64,000 nucleotides of DNA, taken from positions 1,119 through 65,118 of the forward strand of contig JAOADV010000012.1 of the NCBI GenBank assembly GCA_026417135.1, written 5' to 3'. Below, in pieces: positions 28,893-40,147 of this stretch (positions within the stretch are counted from its first letter, which is position 1; each line of letters begins with the position of its first letter). A program made the position numbers and the translations under genes. This DNA comes from Ignavibacteria bacterium (GTDB lineage Bacteria > Bacteroidota > Ignavibacteria > Kapaibacteriales > UBA2268). A model generated the notes under the pieces. It was not told the origin of the DNA. It saw only the letters and a program-made list of their open reading frames with translations, and ran no database searches.

Positions 28893-29753
28893 ATGAATTC
28901 AGCAAGTCGCGCCAACACTTTTTTAAAAGATAGTTGGCTTATTGCTTTTTTTATTTTTTCTCTTTCTTTCGTTTCGAGCTTTCTGTTGCTACAATCTGTA
29001 GTGCATATATCAGCAACTTTTTCCTTTTTTCTTTCTGTGTTTTTTGCAAATTTGGCAACTATTCTAACCCAAAGATATAGAATTTGGCATTTTTTCGGTC
29101 TTTATTTTGGAAAAGTTTCTATCTATCATTTTTTGTACGGAATCTTAATTGCTCTTGTTTCGCAATTGCCAGTTTTTGTGCTTCTTCTATTCTTTGGGGT
29201 AGAATTTAAAGATATTAATGTGCTTATATTTTTCGAATCGGTTTCGATGATTTTGTTTTCGGCTACGACCGAAGAGCTATTGTTTCGCGGGGTGCTTTTT
29301 CAAAGGTTAATCGACAAATTGGGCGAGGCAAAAGCTATTTTTTTTTCCTCGATAGTTTTTTCTCTAGCTCATATACAGAACCCATCGATTAATACTTTGG
29401 CAATGCTAAACTTATTTCTTGGTGGGGTAGTTCTTGGGGTGATGTATATTAGAACTTATATTTTGTGGTTACCAATTGGCTTTCATTTCGGTTGGAATTT
29501 CTTTCAATACTATCTTTTAGGCTCGCCAGTAAGTGGACACTATCATTTCGAACCTTTTGTAATTTCGAAAATAACGGAGTTTGAACCAATAGTTTTCGGT
29601 GGCAATTTCGGGTTGGAAGGAGGGGTCGCATCCACACTTTTACTAATTTTAGTCGTAATATATATTTCGAAAGCTTTTGTGCCAACCCCAATTATTATCT
29701 CGAGAATTCTTCGGGAGCGATATGCTCGAATGCCTCAAAGTTCAAGGGAATAA
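28893..29753 (+). CDS. CPBP (Abi/CAAX) family intramembrane metalloprotease
   Basis: EELLFRG, FSLAH and HFGWN motifs; multiple TM helices. Confidence 0.92.
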   Translation: MNSASRANTFLKDSWLIAFFIFSLSFVSSFLLLQSVVHISATFSFFLSVFFANLATILTQRYRIWHFFGLYFGKVSIYHFLYGILIALVSQLPVFVLLLFFGVEFKDINVLIFFESVSMILFSATTEELLFRGVLFQRLIDKLGEAKAIFFSSIVFSLAHIQNPSINTLAMLNLFLGGVVLGVMYIRTYILWLPIGFHFGWNFFQYYLLGSPVSGHYHFEPFVISKITEFEPIVFGGNFGLEGGVASTLLLILVVIYISKAFVPTPIIISRILRERYARMPQSSRE

Positions 29754-31054
29754 CCCATATTTCGAATCCAAAATCTCACCTTTTCGGTTAGCCGATTTTC
29801 TTTTCCGTATCGATTAAGAAACTCAAGAAAATCCGCATAAGCATAGGAGAACATATTGTTTGCTTTATAAGTCAAGGCTCTATTTAAGTATACTAGTGGA
29901 TTCGAAGGCTCAAGTTCAATTGCTTTGGTCAAATCTTCCAAAGCTTTTTTGTGGTATTTTAATTTCATAAAAACATTGGCACGCGCTATATATGAAAGAG
30001 TGAAATCGGGCCGAAGAGAAATTGCTTTTGTAAACTCACGTATTGCAGCTCTATATTGTTCCAAAGCGGTGTATGCTTTGCCTCTGCCAAAATAACCGTA
30101 AAAGTATTGAGGGTCGACAACAATTGCTTTATCGAAGTCTATCAACGCTGCGATGTAGTTTTTTAAGTTCAAATTTGCATTGCCTCTGTTGAAGTAAAGT
30201 GATGCAACAAAAGGTTTTTTTTCGATTGCAATATCGAAATACTCGATTGCTTTTTCAAATTGTTTTAATCCTACATATGCAAGACCAAGATTATTGTATG
30301 CTTCTGCGAAATCTGGTTTAAGTTTTATTACTTTTTCGAAATCATCTATTGCAATTTCGTAATGCTTTGCTTGGCTCAAACAATAACCGCGATAGTTATA
30401 AGCCAAATAATTACTGCTATCGATAGAAATTGCAATTGTGAAATCCTTTATCGCTTCTTTATATTTTTTTTGTTGCATAAAAGCTATCCCACGAGAAATA
30501 AAAATCTTAGGTTCGCTCGGGTCAACTTCAATTGCTTTGTTGAAATCCATTATTGCTTCGTCGAGTTTTTTCTGGAAGAAAAAGCAGTTCCCTCGATAAA
30601 CATAAGAAAGTGAATGTGCCGGATTGTTTTCTATCGACTTGGTAAAATCGTGTATTGCATCTTCGATTCTCTTGATTAGGTACAAACAAATACCTCTTCT
30701 GTAATAGGCTAAAGCAAAAGAAGGGTTTATTTCAATGGCATTAGTAAAATCCTTTATCGCTTCTTTAATGTTTCGAAGTTCAAAGTAACAAAGTCCCTTT
30801 TTGTAATATGCAAAAGAGAAGGTTGGGTCCAGCGTTATTGTTCCAATGTAGTATGTTATTGCCTCCTCATATTTTTTTGCCATGGATAATGAATTGGCAG
30901 CTTTAAAGTAAGCGAAGGGGGAACTCGGGTTTTCCATTATTGCATTCTTATAATATTGAAAAGCGAGCTCGTAGTTGCCCTTGTTAAACTCCTCGTCGCC
31001 GAACTCCATCCATTCTTCGGCACTTCTTTTAGGGGGAGTAGTCGATTTATTCAT
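29735..31054 (-). CDS. Tetratricopeptide repeat protein (about 12 repeats)
   Basis: 34-aa periodic AY..RG......EAI.DF.KAI..DP pattern along the whole protein. Confidence 0.93.
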   Translation of the reverse strand: MNKSTTPPKRSAEEWMEFGDEEFNKGNYELAFQYYKNAIMENPSSPFAYFKAANSLSMAKKYEEAITYYIGTITLDPTFSFAYYKKGLCYFELRNIKEAIKDFTNAIEINPSFALAYYRRGICLYLIKRIEDAIHDFTKSIENNPAHSLSYVYRGNCFFFQKKLDEAIMDFNKAIEVDPSEPKIFISRGIAFMQQKKYKEAIKDFTIAISIDSSNYLAYNYRGYCLSQAKHYEIAIDDFEKVIKLKPDFAEAYNNLGLAYVGLKQFEKAIEYFDIAIEKKPFVASLYFNRGNANLNLKNYIAALIDFDKAIVVDPQYFYGYFGRGKAYTALEQYRAAIREFTKAISLRPDFTLSYIARANVFMKLKYHKKALEDLTKAIELEPSNPLVYLNRALTYKANNMFSYAYADFLEFLNRYGKENRLTEKVRFWIRNMGYSLEL

Positions 31055-31131
31055 TTTCCAAAATCATTAAGTTTATATTTCGTTATTCAATTTTTCGGTT
31101 CATAAAAAGCAAAAATAACTAAAAGAACATT

Positions 31132-31461
31132 ATGCTAAAATTTCTACGAACAAATGTTTTTACAGATGACTTATACAAGAAGTTCATCGATAAAAACCTC
31201 AATTTGAACGACCAGCTTGCAGCTGTTCGTTCTATTTTAGCTTGCGAGCGAACTTTTCTTTCCTATCTTAGAACTTCTATCGCTATTCTTGCTGCTGGGG
31301 TTACTTTTATCCAGTTTTTTCAAATTTTTTGGATTCATCTGGTTGGTTGGTTTCTACTACCAACTTCTATTGTAGTTGTATTTCTCGGTTGGAAAAGATT
31401 CCGAAAAACAAGAACTTACATCTACCAAATTGAAAAAGATTTTGCCAATAGAACGAAATAG
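31132..31461 (+). CDS. DUF202 (YidH-like) membrane protein
   Basis: LA..R..LA.ERTFLSYLRTS followed by two TM helices. Confidence 0.88.
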   Translation: MLKFLRTNVFTDDLYKKFIDKNLNLNDQLAAVRSILACERTFLSYLRTSIAILAAGVTFIQFFQIFWIHLVGWFLLPTSIVVVFLGWKRFRKTRTYIYQIEKDFANRTK

Positions 31462-31669
31462 CTTGAATTTTCTTTTGCGAAAATTTTGTTTACATAAATT
31501 TATTCTGTTTTTTAATACCAACTTTAATTGAGTATTCGAAGTTGTTTGAATCTAAAATCATTTTTTCAAATAAAGTGAAATATAAATTGTTTTATTAAAA
31601 TCACTTGTGCATAATGAAAATTTTTTATGTTCGAAAATATGCGTAATTTCGTATTTTTATAATTTTTAA

Positions 31670-33100
<1,431 letters not shown>

Positions 33101-33115
33101 GTCAACTAAATAAAA

Positions 33116-33517
33116 ATGGAAAAGCTACTCGAACTCGAAATTGTAACTCCACAACAGCAAGTTTTTCAAGGTAAAGTCTTATCGGTTTCTGTTCCCGGCG
33201 AACTTGCACCATTTCAAATACTTTACAATCACGCACCGATTGTCTCGGCACTCGAAAATGGAGTAATCTTTGTGATTACCCCTGACGAAAAAACTCACCG
33301 TTTTGCAGTGTCTTCGGGTTTCCTTTCTGCTGCGGAAAACAAAGTATCGGTTTTTGTAGAAAAGGCTCTTTCGCCATCTGAACTAAATCGTACAGAAATC
33401 GAGCAGAAACTGAACTACTTGAAAAAGAAGTTGAATGAACCTTTGTCCGAACATCAGAAAAAAGAGATAAAACAACAAATAAAAGATTTAAATATTCAAC
33501 TGAAAGTTTTGGTATGA
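33116..33517 (+). CDS. atpC: F1 ATP synthase epsilon subunit
   Basis: LEIVTP, PG..G..IL.NHAP motifs; follows atpD. Confidence 0.93.
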   Translation: MEKLLELEIVTPQQQVFQGKVLSVSVPGELAPFQILYNHAPIVSALENGVIFVITPDEKTHRFAVSSGFLSAAENKVSVFVEKALSPSELNRTEIEQKLNYLKKKLNEPLSEHQKKEIKQQIKDLNIQLKVLV

Positions 33518-34621
33518 TATTAGAGCCATATAGAAATAAGCTTGAAGAGTTGAAAAATCGCACAGAAGAATTAAGAGGCTTTCTTTGAAATTTCCTCCAA
33601 AGAGTCCCAACTATTAAAACTTGAAGAAGAAACACAAAACCAGAACTTTTGGGATAACCATACTTATGCCCAAAAGGTTATGCAAGAAATTTCAAGACTT
33701 CGAGCAATTATAGAAGAGTGGAATCTTTTAGATAAGTCGATAAAAGAAGCCGATGAACTTTTACAATTAATTGAAGAAATCGAAGATGAAACTTTGCTTT
33801 TGGACTTTCAGAAAGAACTTCAATCGGTCGAACAAAAAATTTCAGAATTAGAAATCGAGAAGCTACTATCGGGGAAGGATGATTTTCGCGATGCGCTGTT
33901 GACAATACATCCGGGAGCTGGTGGAACAGAAGCACAAGATTGGGCAGAGATGTTGCTTCGGATGTATGTGCGTTGGGCGGAGCGACGCGGTTTTCAAGTC
34001 TCACTCATCGACCGGCTCGAAGGCGACGGGGCGGGAATTAAATCCGCAACAATTGAAATAAAAGGCAAATATGCCTATGGATATTTAAAATCCGAAAGCG
34101 GAGTTCATCGCCTCGTTCGAATTTCACCGTTCGATGCAAATGCACGGCGACACACTTCCTTTGCCTCTGTTTTCGTTTATCCAGCAGTCGAAGAAGATGT
34201 TGAAATCGAAATCGACCCCGAAGATATCGAAATGGAAACATTTCGTTCTGGTGGGAAAGGTGGCCAAAATGTTAACAAAGTAGAAACTGCTGTTAGACTT
34301 AGGCACAAGCCGACTGGAATAGTTGTTTCTTGCCAACAAGAGCGTTCGCAATATCAAAATAGAGAACGAGCGATGAAAATGCTTCGTGCTCGGCTCTATC
34401 AATTAAAACTCGAAGAAGAAGAATCCGCAAAAGAAGAACTTCAAAAAAGTAAAAAGAAAATAGAATGGGGAAGCCAGATTCGTTCGTATATTTTCCAACC
34501 ATATACATTGGTTAATGACCACAGAACTGAAACGAAACGGAGCGACATTCATTCTGTTATGGATGGAGATATTGATGACTTTATCAAAGCCTACCTTTTG
34601 ATGCAAAATAAATTGTCGTAA
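33514..34621 (+). CDS. prfB: Peptide chain release factor 2, translated through a programmed +1 frameshift
   Basis: A 24-codon ORF0 from ATG 33514 ([24 protein letters not shown]) ends CTT TGA. The +1 frame continues EISSKE...FWDN into the ORF carrying SPF and GGQ. Confidence 0.95.
33574..33589 (+). other. prfB +1 frameshift site AGAGGC-TTT-CTT-TGA-A
   Basis: Internal SD-like sequence, 3-nt spacer, slippery CTTT and in-frame TGA at 33586-33588. Confidence 0.92.
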
Positions 34622-34680
34622 TTGAAAAGAAAAATGCCAAATTATTCGTCTTTCAAACTTTCCAAAGAGAAATAAACAAA

Positions 34681-35457
34681 ATGAAAAAACTATCGGTGCT
34701 ATTGCTTATTGTCTTCTGCAGTTTTTTTTCGCTGTATTCTCAGAAATCTAAAATGATTTTTCCCGGCGAAGACCTTTTATACGAAGTGTCTTTCTTTGGT
34801 ATAAAACTTGGGACTATTCGAATCGTAACCGAAGGTATCGAAAAGATTGACGGAAATTATGTTTTTAAAACAAAAGCTTATATCAACTCCTATCCAAGCA
34901 TTCCTTTTCTGGATTTGCAAGGTGTTTTCAATAGTTGGATGGATTCGACTGCTTCTTATTCCTTCAAGTTTACATCGAGTATAAAGCAAAAGGGATTGTG
35001 GTTCTACGAGCAAGTAATTTTCGACCATAATAAGAAACTTATCCAGGTCGATAAGTTTAAAAAGAATGAAAAGTATTATAGTGGAGTAATACACACAGAA
35101 AAAAAGTGGAACGATGGTCTTTCTCTTTTTTTCTTTGCAAGGGAATATACAAAGTCGAATCGACGGGTCAAAACTCCAACATTTATGGACAAAGATACTT
35201 CGTATACACTAATCAATTTTCACGGGAAACGGGAGAGCGTAAAAATTTCGAGCATTGCTTACCCAGTAAAAACTGTTAATTTTTATGGAAAAGCGGAATG
35301 GACTGGTATTTATGGTTTGACTGGCTTCTTCGAAGGGTGGTTCAGCGACGATGATGCAAGTATTCCAATCAAAGCAAAGCTAAATGTTTATGTCGGGAGC
35401 ATCAATGTGGAATTAATAAAGTGGTCCCGTAAAGGTTGGGTTCCCCCAAAAGGATAG
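34681..35457 (+). CDS. DUF3108 family exported protein
   Basis: Signal peptide; GE.L.YEVS..GI..G and WFSDD...IPIK......G motifs. Confidence 0.8.
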   Translation: MKKLSVLLLIVFCSFFSLYSQKSKMIFPGEDLLYEVSFFGIKLGTIRIVTEGIEKIDGNYVFKTKAYINSYPSIPFLDLQGVFNSWMDSTASYSFKFTSSIKQKGLWFYEQVIFDHNKKLIQVDKFKKNEKYYSGVIHTEKKWNDGLSLFFFAREYTKSNRRVKTPTFMDKDTSYTLINFHGKRESVKISSIAYPVKTVNFYGKAEWTGIYGLTGFFEGWFSDDDASIPIKAKLNVYVGSINVELIKWSRKGWVPPKG

Positions 35458-35544
35458 CAAATTCAACCCTCTGAAATGAAAACTTTCGAATGATATTAAT
35501 TTTAAGGATTTTTTTAAACTTTAACTGAATTCTTGTACTTAGTT

Positions 35545-36165
35545 CTAATCTTTTCCTTGTTCCTTTTCGATTTTAATTTTCCATAAATTTTCGGAATTTA
35601 TATCGCTCATAGCTCGACTTTTACCTTTTAAAATTAAGTATTCGACCGATTCGACGGCACGCTTTATCATAAAATCGCGCAAAGGAATTTCTTCTGGCTC
35701 GAAAGGGGAAAGGACATAATCGGCAAGGTTTTTGGTCCCAACTTTTGGACCAATACCACATCGAAGCCGCATAAAATTTTGAGTTTCCAAAAATTCAATA
35801 ACCGAGGCGACTCCGTTGTGGCCCCCATCCCCGCCTGAATCTTTTAAATGAATTTTACCTATTGGAAAGTTAATCTCGTCGCAAATAACGAGAAGATTTT
35901 CAGTTGGTATTTTGTATTTTTCGACTAACTCACGAACTGCAACACCAGAATTGTTCATATAGGTTCGGGGTAAAGCTACAAGTATATTTTTTGCCACAAA
36001 TACAACATTCGCAAGAAAGTAATTTGGGGAAAGTGGGATGAATTGTGAGTGGTGCTTTTGTACGAACATACTTGCCACAGCCCAACCAATATTATGCCTT
36101 GTTTCTTTATATACTTCATCGTGATTCCCCAGTCCAACAATAAGTAAATCGATGTTCTTCGACAT
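35545..36165 (-). CDS. pth: Peptidyl-tRNA hydrolase
   Basis: VGLGN, TRHNIG, TYMNNSG, GGHNG and RLRCGIG motifs. Confidence 0.95.
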   Translation of the reverse strand: MSKNIDLLIVGLGNHDEVYKETRHNIGWAVASMFVQKHHSQFIPLSPNYFLANVVFVAKNILVALPRTYMNNSGVAVRELVEKYKIPTENLLVICDEINFPIGKIHLKDSGGDGGHNGVASVIEFLETQNFMRLRCGIGPKVGTKNLADYVLSPFEPEEIPLRDFMIKRAVESVEYLILKGKSRAMSDINSENLWKIKIEKEQGKD

Positions 36166-36179
36166 AGAAATATTATTAA

Positions 36180-37178
36180 TTAAGGCAACTTACGAAAGAT
36201 TAATAATCTTGCAAAAATCTCTGTCAAAAAGAGTATGCTTCCAGCAAGTAGAAAAGGGAAGTATTCGTCTGTAAATTGTGTGAAAACGGTTTGTTGAATT
36301 CTCGTAGTTTCTAATTTATCGATTTCCTTATAGATTTTTTCAAGAGCAGTATTGTCGGTGGCACGAAAGTAATTACCACCAGTCAGCTTTGCAATCTCCT
36401 TCATCAATGGCTCGTCGATTTCGACGTCGACGTTTATATATTGTTTCCCGAATGGAGTTTGAACTGGATAGGGAGCCTTGCCCAAAGTTCCGACGCCAAT
36501 CGTATATACGCGAATATTGAAGGTTCTGGCAAGTTCCGCCGCTGTCAATGGTGAAATGATTCCAGTATTGTTTATTCCATCTGTAACTAAAATAATAACT
36601 TTGCTTTTGGCTTTGCTATCTTTCAACCTATCGACAGCAGTGGCAAGTCCCATACCAATTGCAGTTCCATCTTCAATTATCCCAGATTTAATCTGCTTAA
36701 GTAAGTTTTTTAGGACCGAGTGGTCGATTGTTATCGGGCATTGAGTGAAGCTTTTGGCGCTAAAAACGACAAGCCCGATTCTATCGTTTTTCCTTCCTTC
36801 GATAAACTTTTCTGTTATTTTCTTTGCCGCTTCGAGTCGATTTGGTTTGAAATCTTCGGCAAGCATCGACCCCGAAATATCTAAAGTTACAACGATATCA
36901 ATTCCTTCGGTTTCGACTTGCATTTCCGAACTTGAACTTTGCGGGCGTGCAAGAGCAATGATAATTAGAACGATTGCTAACAATCTAAGCACGAAAGGGA
37001 GATGAATTAATTTGGTTCGAACGCTACTCCCACTTTTATGAAAGCCTTCGGTTGTTGAATAAGAAAATGGGACAAGAGATTTCTTATTTCGATAAATGTA
37101 CCAAATAATTAGAAAAGGTATTATGCCCAGCAGAATAAGAAAATTAGGGTTTGCAAAGTGATAACCTAAGATACTCAT
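36180..37178 (-). CDS. batA: BatA-like VWA membrane protein
   Basis: ALARPQ, MIDAS DISGS, GTAIG and TDG motifs; N- and C-terminal TM helices. Confidence 0.88.
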   Translation of the reverse strand: MSILGYHFANPNFLILLGIIPFLIIWYIYRNKKSLVPFSYSTTEGFHKSGSSVRTKLIHLPFVLRLLAIVLIIIALARPQSSSSEMQVETEGIDIVVTLDISGSMLAEDFKPNRLEAAKKITEKFIEGRKNDRIGLVVFSAKSFTQCPITIDHSVLKNLLKQIKSGIIEDGTAIGMGLATAVDRLKDSKAKSKVIILVTDGINNTGIISPLTAAELARTFNIRVYTIGVGTLGKAPYPVQTPFGKQYINVDVEIDEPLMKEIAKLTGGNYFRATDNTALEKIYKEIDKLETTRIQQTVFTQFTDEYFPFLLAGSILFLTEIFARLLIFRKLP

Positions 37179-38128
37179 AGTTTAGTTTGTTCTTGTTCAA
37201 CTTTTGTTGAATCTTCGTTTCGTATTGTATTTTCGATAAATTCAATCGCAACTTTCATACAAAATGTATGTTCATCGGGTAAAGGAACGAACTTTGCAAA
37301 CTTGACTAAATCGGAAACCTCGAAAGCACGGTTAAGTTGGTTCAGCAAGTTGGAGTTTACAAGTTCGTTTGCACGTAAATACTCAATTATTTCGCGAGAG
37401 ACCATTTCGAGTGCGGGAAAATCAAATTGTAATTCCATATAACGCCTTAGTATTTCGGAAAGTCTTGAATGATACTCCTTTATTTCACCTCTTTGCCATA
37501 ATTTTTCGGATTCAAGTTTTTTAAGTTGTGAAAGTGCCCATTCGTGTGGAGGGACTTTCAATTCTTCGGGGAGTCTTTCCTTTTTTATTTTTTTATAAAC
37601 GAAAAATATAATTACTCCGACCCCAAGAGCAATAAAAAATCCTATAATATATGGCAAATAATCCCATATTGTGATTGGGACTTCAATTATCCCTTTTATG
37701 TCTTTAAAATCCGCAGTGGTGTCGATTTCGATACTTGAAAAGTAAATCTGAAGCGAATCAGTAAATGTTGTATCCCAAGTATTTTCATTTTGTTCTTGGT
37801 AGAGAATCTTCAAAGGAGGTATTGTATAAAGACCGCTATCGAATGAAGTTACTCTACAACGAAGAGTGTATTTAATTCCTGAGTCAAACTTGTGAGTATC
37901 AATCTTTTGGGGAGAAATGATTTCGAGTTTTCCAAGAGTATCTTTTAATGTTGGAAAAACTAAACGAGTTCCGAAGTTTGTTTCGATTTGCAGATTGAAA
38001 AGAGCTTGGTCGCCAATTTCTAATTTACTTGTGTCGAGCCAAACTTTGGTGCGAATTTCTTGTGCGAAGCAAGAGTAAACAACTAAGAAAAGCAAAAGGA
38101 AATGCGAAAGTATTAATTTTAGTTTCAT
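37175..38128 (-). CDS. Bat-operon associated single-TM protein
   Basis: Signal peptide, IGD, DIK, TM helix, LRRY.E and DLVKFAK motifs; conserved position between DUF58 and BatA. Confidence 0.78.
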   Translation of the reverse strand: MKLKLILSHFLLLFLVVYSCFAQEIRTKVWLDTSKLEIGDQALFNLQIETNFGTRLVFPTLKDTLGKLEIISPQKIDTHKFDSGIKYTLRCRVTSFDSGLYTIPPLKILYQEQNENTWDTTFTDSLQIYFSSIEIDTTADFKDIKGIIEVPITIWDYLPYIIGFFIALGVGVIIFFVYKKIKKERLPEELKVPPHEWALSQLKKLESEKLWQRGEIKEYHSRLSEILRRYMELQFDFPALEMVSREIIEYLRANELVNSNLLNQLNRAFEVSDLVKFAKFVPLPDEHTFCMKVAIEFIENTIRNEDSTKVEQEQTKL

Positions 38129-39000
38129 ACTCTTTTCGAACGTCTTCGGAAAAAATTTATCAATGGAGTTATATACTGTTCATCGGTAAAAATTTGAATG
38201 TGGTCAACATTGCATCTTCGAAAAGAATCTTGCAAGGCGACTTGCCGAGAATGCCACCAAATTTGATATTTATTCGATAAAGCTTTGTCCGAGGAATCAA
38301 CCCAAAAGGTTTTCCCTGTTTCTGCATCTTTTACCAATATCAATCCTATTTCTGGATATTTCATTTCTGCTTTGTCAACAATTTGAATTGCGATTGTGTC
38401 GTGCTTTCGTCCTACAATTTTTAGTGCTTCTTCGAAATTGGTGTCGAAAAAATCGGTGATTAGAAAAACGATGGCTCTCTTTTTAATTGAATTGTATAAG
38501 TATTGCAAAGCATTTGCAATATTTGTTCCATCCGACGAAGGAGTAAGGTAAAGCAGTTCTCGAATTATATGAAGAATATGCGAGCGACCTTTCTTTGGAA
38601 CGATGAACTTTTCTACTTTATCGGTGAATAAAATTGCTCCAACTTTGTCGTTGTTTTGCAAAGCGGAAAAGGCTAACACAGCAGAAATTTCGGCAATTAA
38701 ATCACGCTTGAAATAGACTTTCGTACCAAAGGATTCGGATTTGCTTATGTCGATTAGCAAAATCAGTGTCAATTCGCGTTCTTCTTCGAAAACTTTTACG
38801 TATGGGTGATTAAAACGGGCTGTTACATTCCAGTCGATGAAACGAATTTCATCGCCATACTGGTATTCACGCACTTCGGTAAAAGCAATCCCACGGCCCT
38901 TAAAAATACTATGGTATTGTCCAGAAAAAATATGCTGCGAAAGGGCCCGAGTTTTTATCTCGATTCGCCTAATTCTTTTTAGTAATTCTGTGGTATCCAT
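38125..39000 (-). CDS. DUF58 domain protein
   Basis: FKGRGI.F.EVREYQ.GD.IR.IDWNVTAR and EERE motifs. Confidence 0.93.
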   Translation of the reverse strand: MDTTELLKRIRRIEIKTRALSQHIFSGQYHSIFKGRGIAFTEVREYQYGDEIRFIDWNVTARFNHPYVKVFEEERELTLILLIDISKSESFGTKVYFKRDLIAEISAVLAFSALQNNDKVGAILFTDKVEKFIVPKKGRSHILHIIRELLYLTPSSDGTNIANALQYLYNSIKKRAIVFLITDFFDTNFEEALKIVGRKHDTIAIQIVDKAEMKYPEIGLILVKDAETGKTFWVDSSDKALSNKYQIWWHSRQVALQDSFRRCNVDHIQIFTDEQYITPLINFFRRRSKRV

Positions 39001-39003
39001 AAA

Positions 39004-39990
39004 CTACGGAACTTCGATTTTATTTAGAATTTCGTTGATAATTTCTTCGGTGCGGACATTTTCGGCTTCGGCTTCGTAGGAAAGACCTATGCGATGTCGG
39101 AGCACATCGAGGCACAAAGCTCGAACATCTTCGGGGACAACGTAGCCGCGTCGCCTAAGAAACGCGTATGCTTTGGCCGTATGAGCTAAATATATAGAGG
39201 CACGTGGCGAGGCTGGATAAGTTATTAATGGTTTTAACTTTTCTAAACCATACCTTTCGGGGTATCTTGTAGCAAACACGATGTCGAGAATGTAATGTTC
39301 AATTTTTTCATCCATATAAATTTCCTTGACTAAGCGACGCGCTCTCACAATATCTTCCAAATTTACAACTTGATTTGCACGAGGGAATTCTTGAGCAAGG
39401 TTTTCCCTAACAATCAATAATTCTTCGTCTCGACTTGGGTAAGTAATCACAACTTTAAGCATAAACCTATCGATTTGTGCCTCCGGCAAAGGATATGTTC
39501 CTTCTTGTTCAATTGGGTTTTGAGTTGCAAGGACAAGGAAAGGGTCGGGAAGTTGGAAGGTGAACTCACCAATTGTTACTTGGCGTTCTTGCATAGCTTC
39601 GAGCAATGCACTTTGCACTTTTGCTGGGGCTCGGTTGATTTCGTCGGCGAGGACAAAATTTGCAAAAATTGGACCCTTTTTGACACTGAAACTTTCGTCC
39701 CGGTGGTTGTATATCATTGTGCCTATAAGGTCGGCAGGAAGTAAGTCGGGAGTGAATTGAATTCTGCTAAAACTTGCATTTATTGCCGAAGCAAGAGTCT
39801 TTACAGCAAGAGTTTTGGCTAAGCCCGGAACTCCTTCTAAATGAATGTGCCCATTGGATAACAAAGCTATCAGTAGCCTTTCTACCATTGCCTTTTGTCC
39901 GACAATTACTTTCCCCACCTCGTTTAGAAGAATATCGACAAAGGCACTTTCTCGTTGGATTCTTTCATTTAATTCCCTTATATCGACCAT
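39004..39990 (-). CDS. moxR: MoxR family AAA+ ATPase
   Basis: GVPGLAKT, RIQFTPDLLPAD, DEINR and ATQNP motifs. ATG 39990. Confidence 0.95.
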   Translation of the reverse strand: MVDIRELNERIQRESAFVDILLNEVGKVIVGQKAMVERLLIALLSNGHIHLEGVPGLAKTLAVKTLASAINASFSRIQFTPDLLPADLIGTMIYNHRDESFSVKKGPIFANFVLADEINRAPAKVQSALLEAMQERQVTIGEFTFQLPDPFLVLATQNPIEQEGTYPLPEAQIDRFMLKVVITYPSRDEELLIVRENLAQEFPRANQVVNLEDIVRARRLVKEIYMDEKIEHYILDIVFATRYPERYGLEKLKPLITYPASPRASIYLAHTAKAYAFLRRRGYVVPEDVRALCLDVLRHRIGLSYEAEAENVRTEEIINEILNKIEVP

Positions 39991-40147
39991 CACGCAACCC
40001 AAAATAATTAAAGTAATTTAAACGAAATTTTTTGGCTAATATTTAGCAAATTTTGATACAATGTAGTGCAGTGTTCAAATTTTTTTCTGAATTATCAATA
40101 TCTGTGAGAAAATTGCTAAATTGCGTATGTATTTGAAATTTAATATA

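Noticed and set aside
29735-31054. Internal DNA repeats such as AATCCTTTATCGCTTCTTT occurring twice
   Set aside because: They reflect TPR protein periodicity, not a mobile or regulatory repeat.
28893-31054. CPBP (Abi) and TPR genes as an anti-phage island
   Set aside because: The CPBP Abi label does not imply abortive infection, the TPR protein has no effector domain, and no nuclease, NTPase or mobility genes are nearby.
33514-33680. Apparent truncated or pseudogenised prfB
   Set aside because: Explained by the programmed +1 frameshift.
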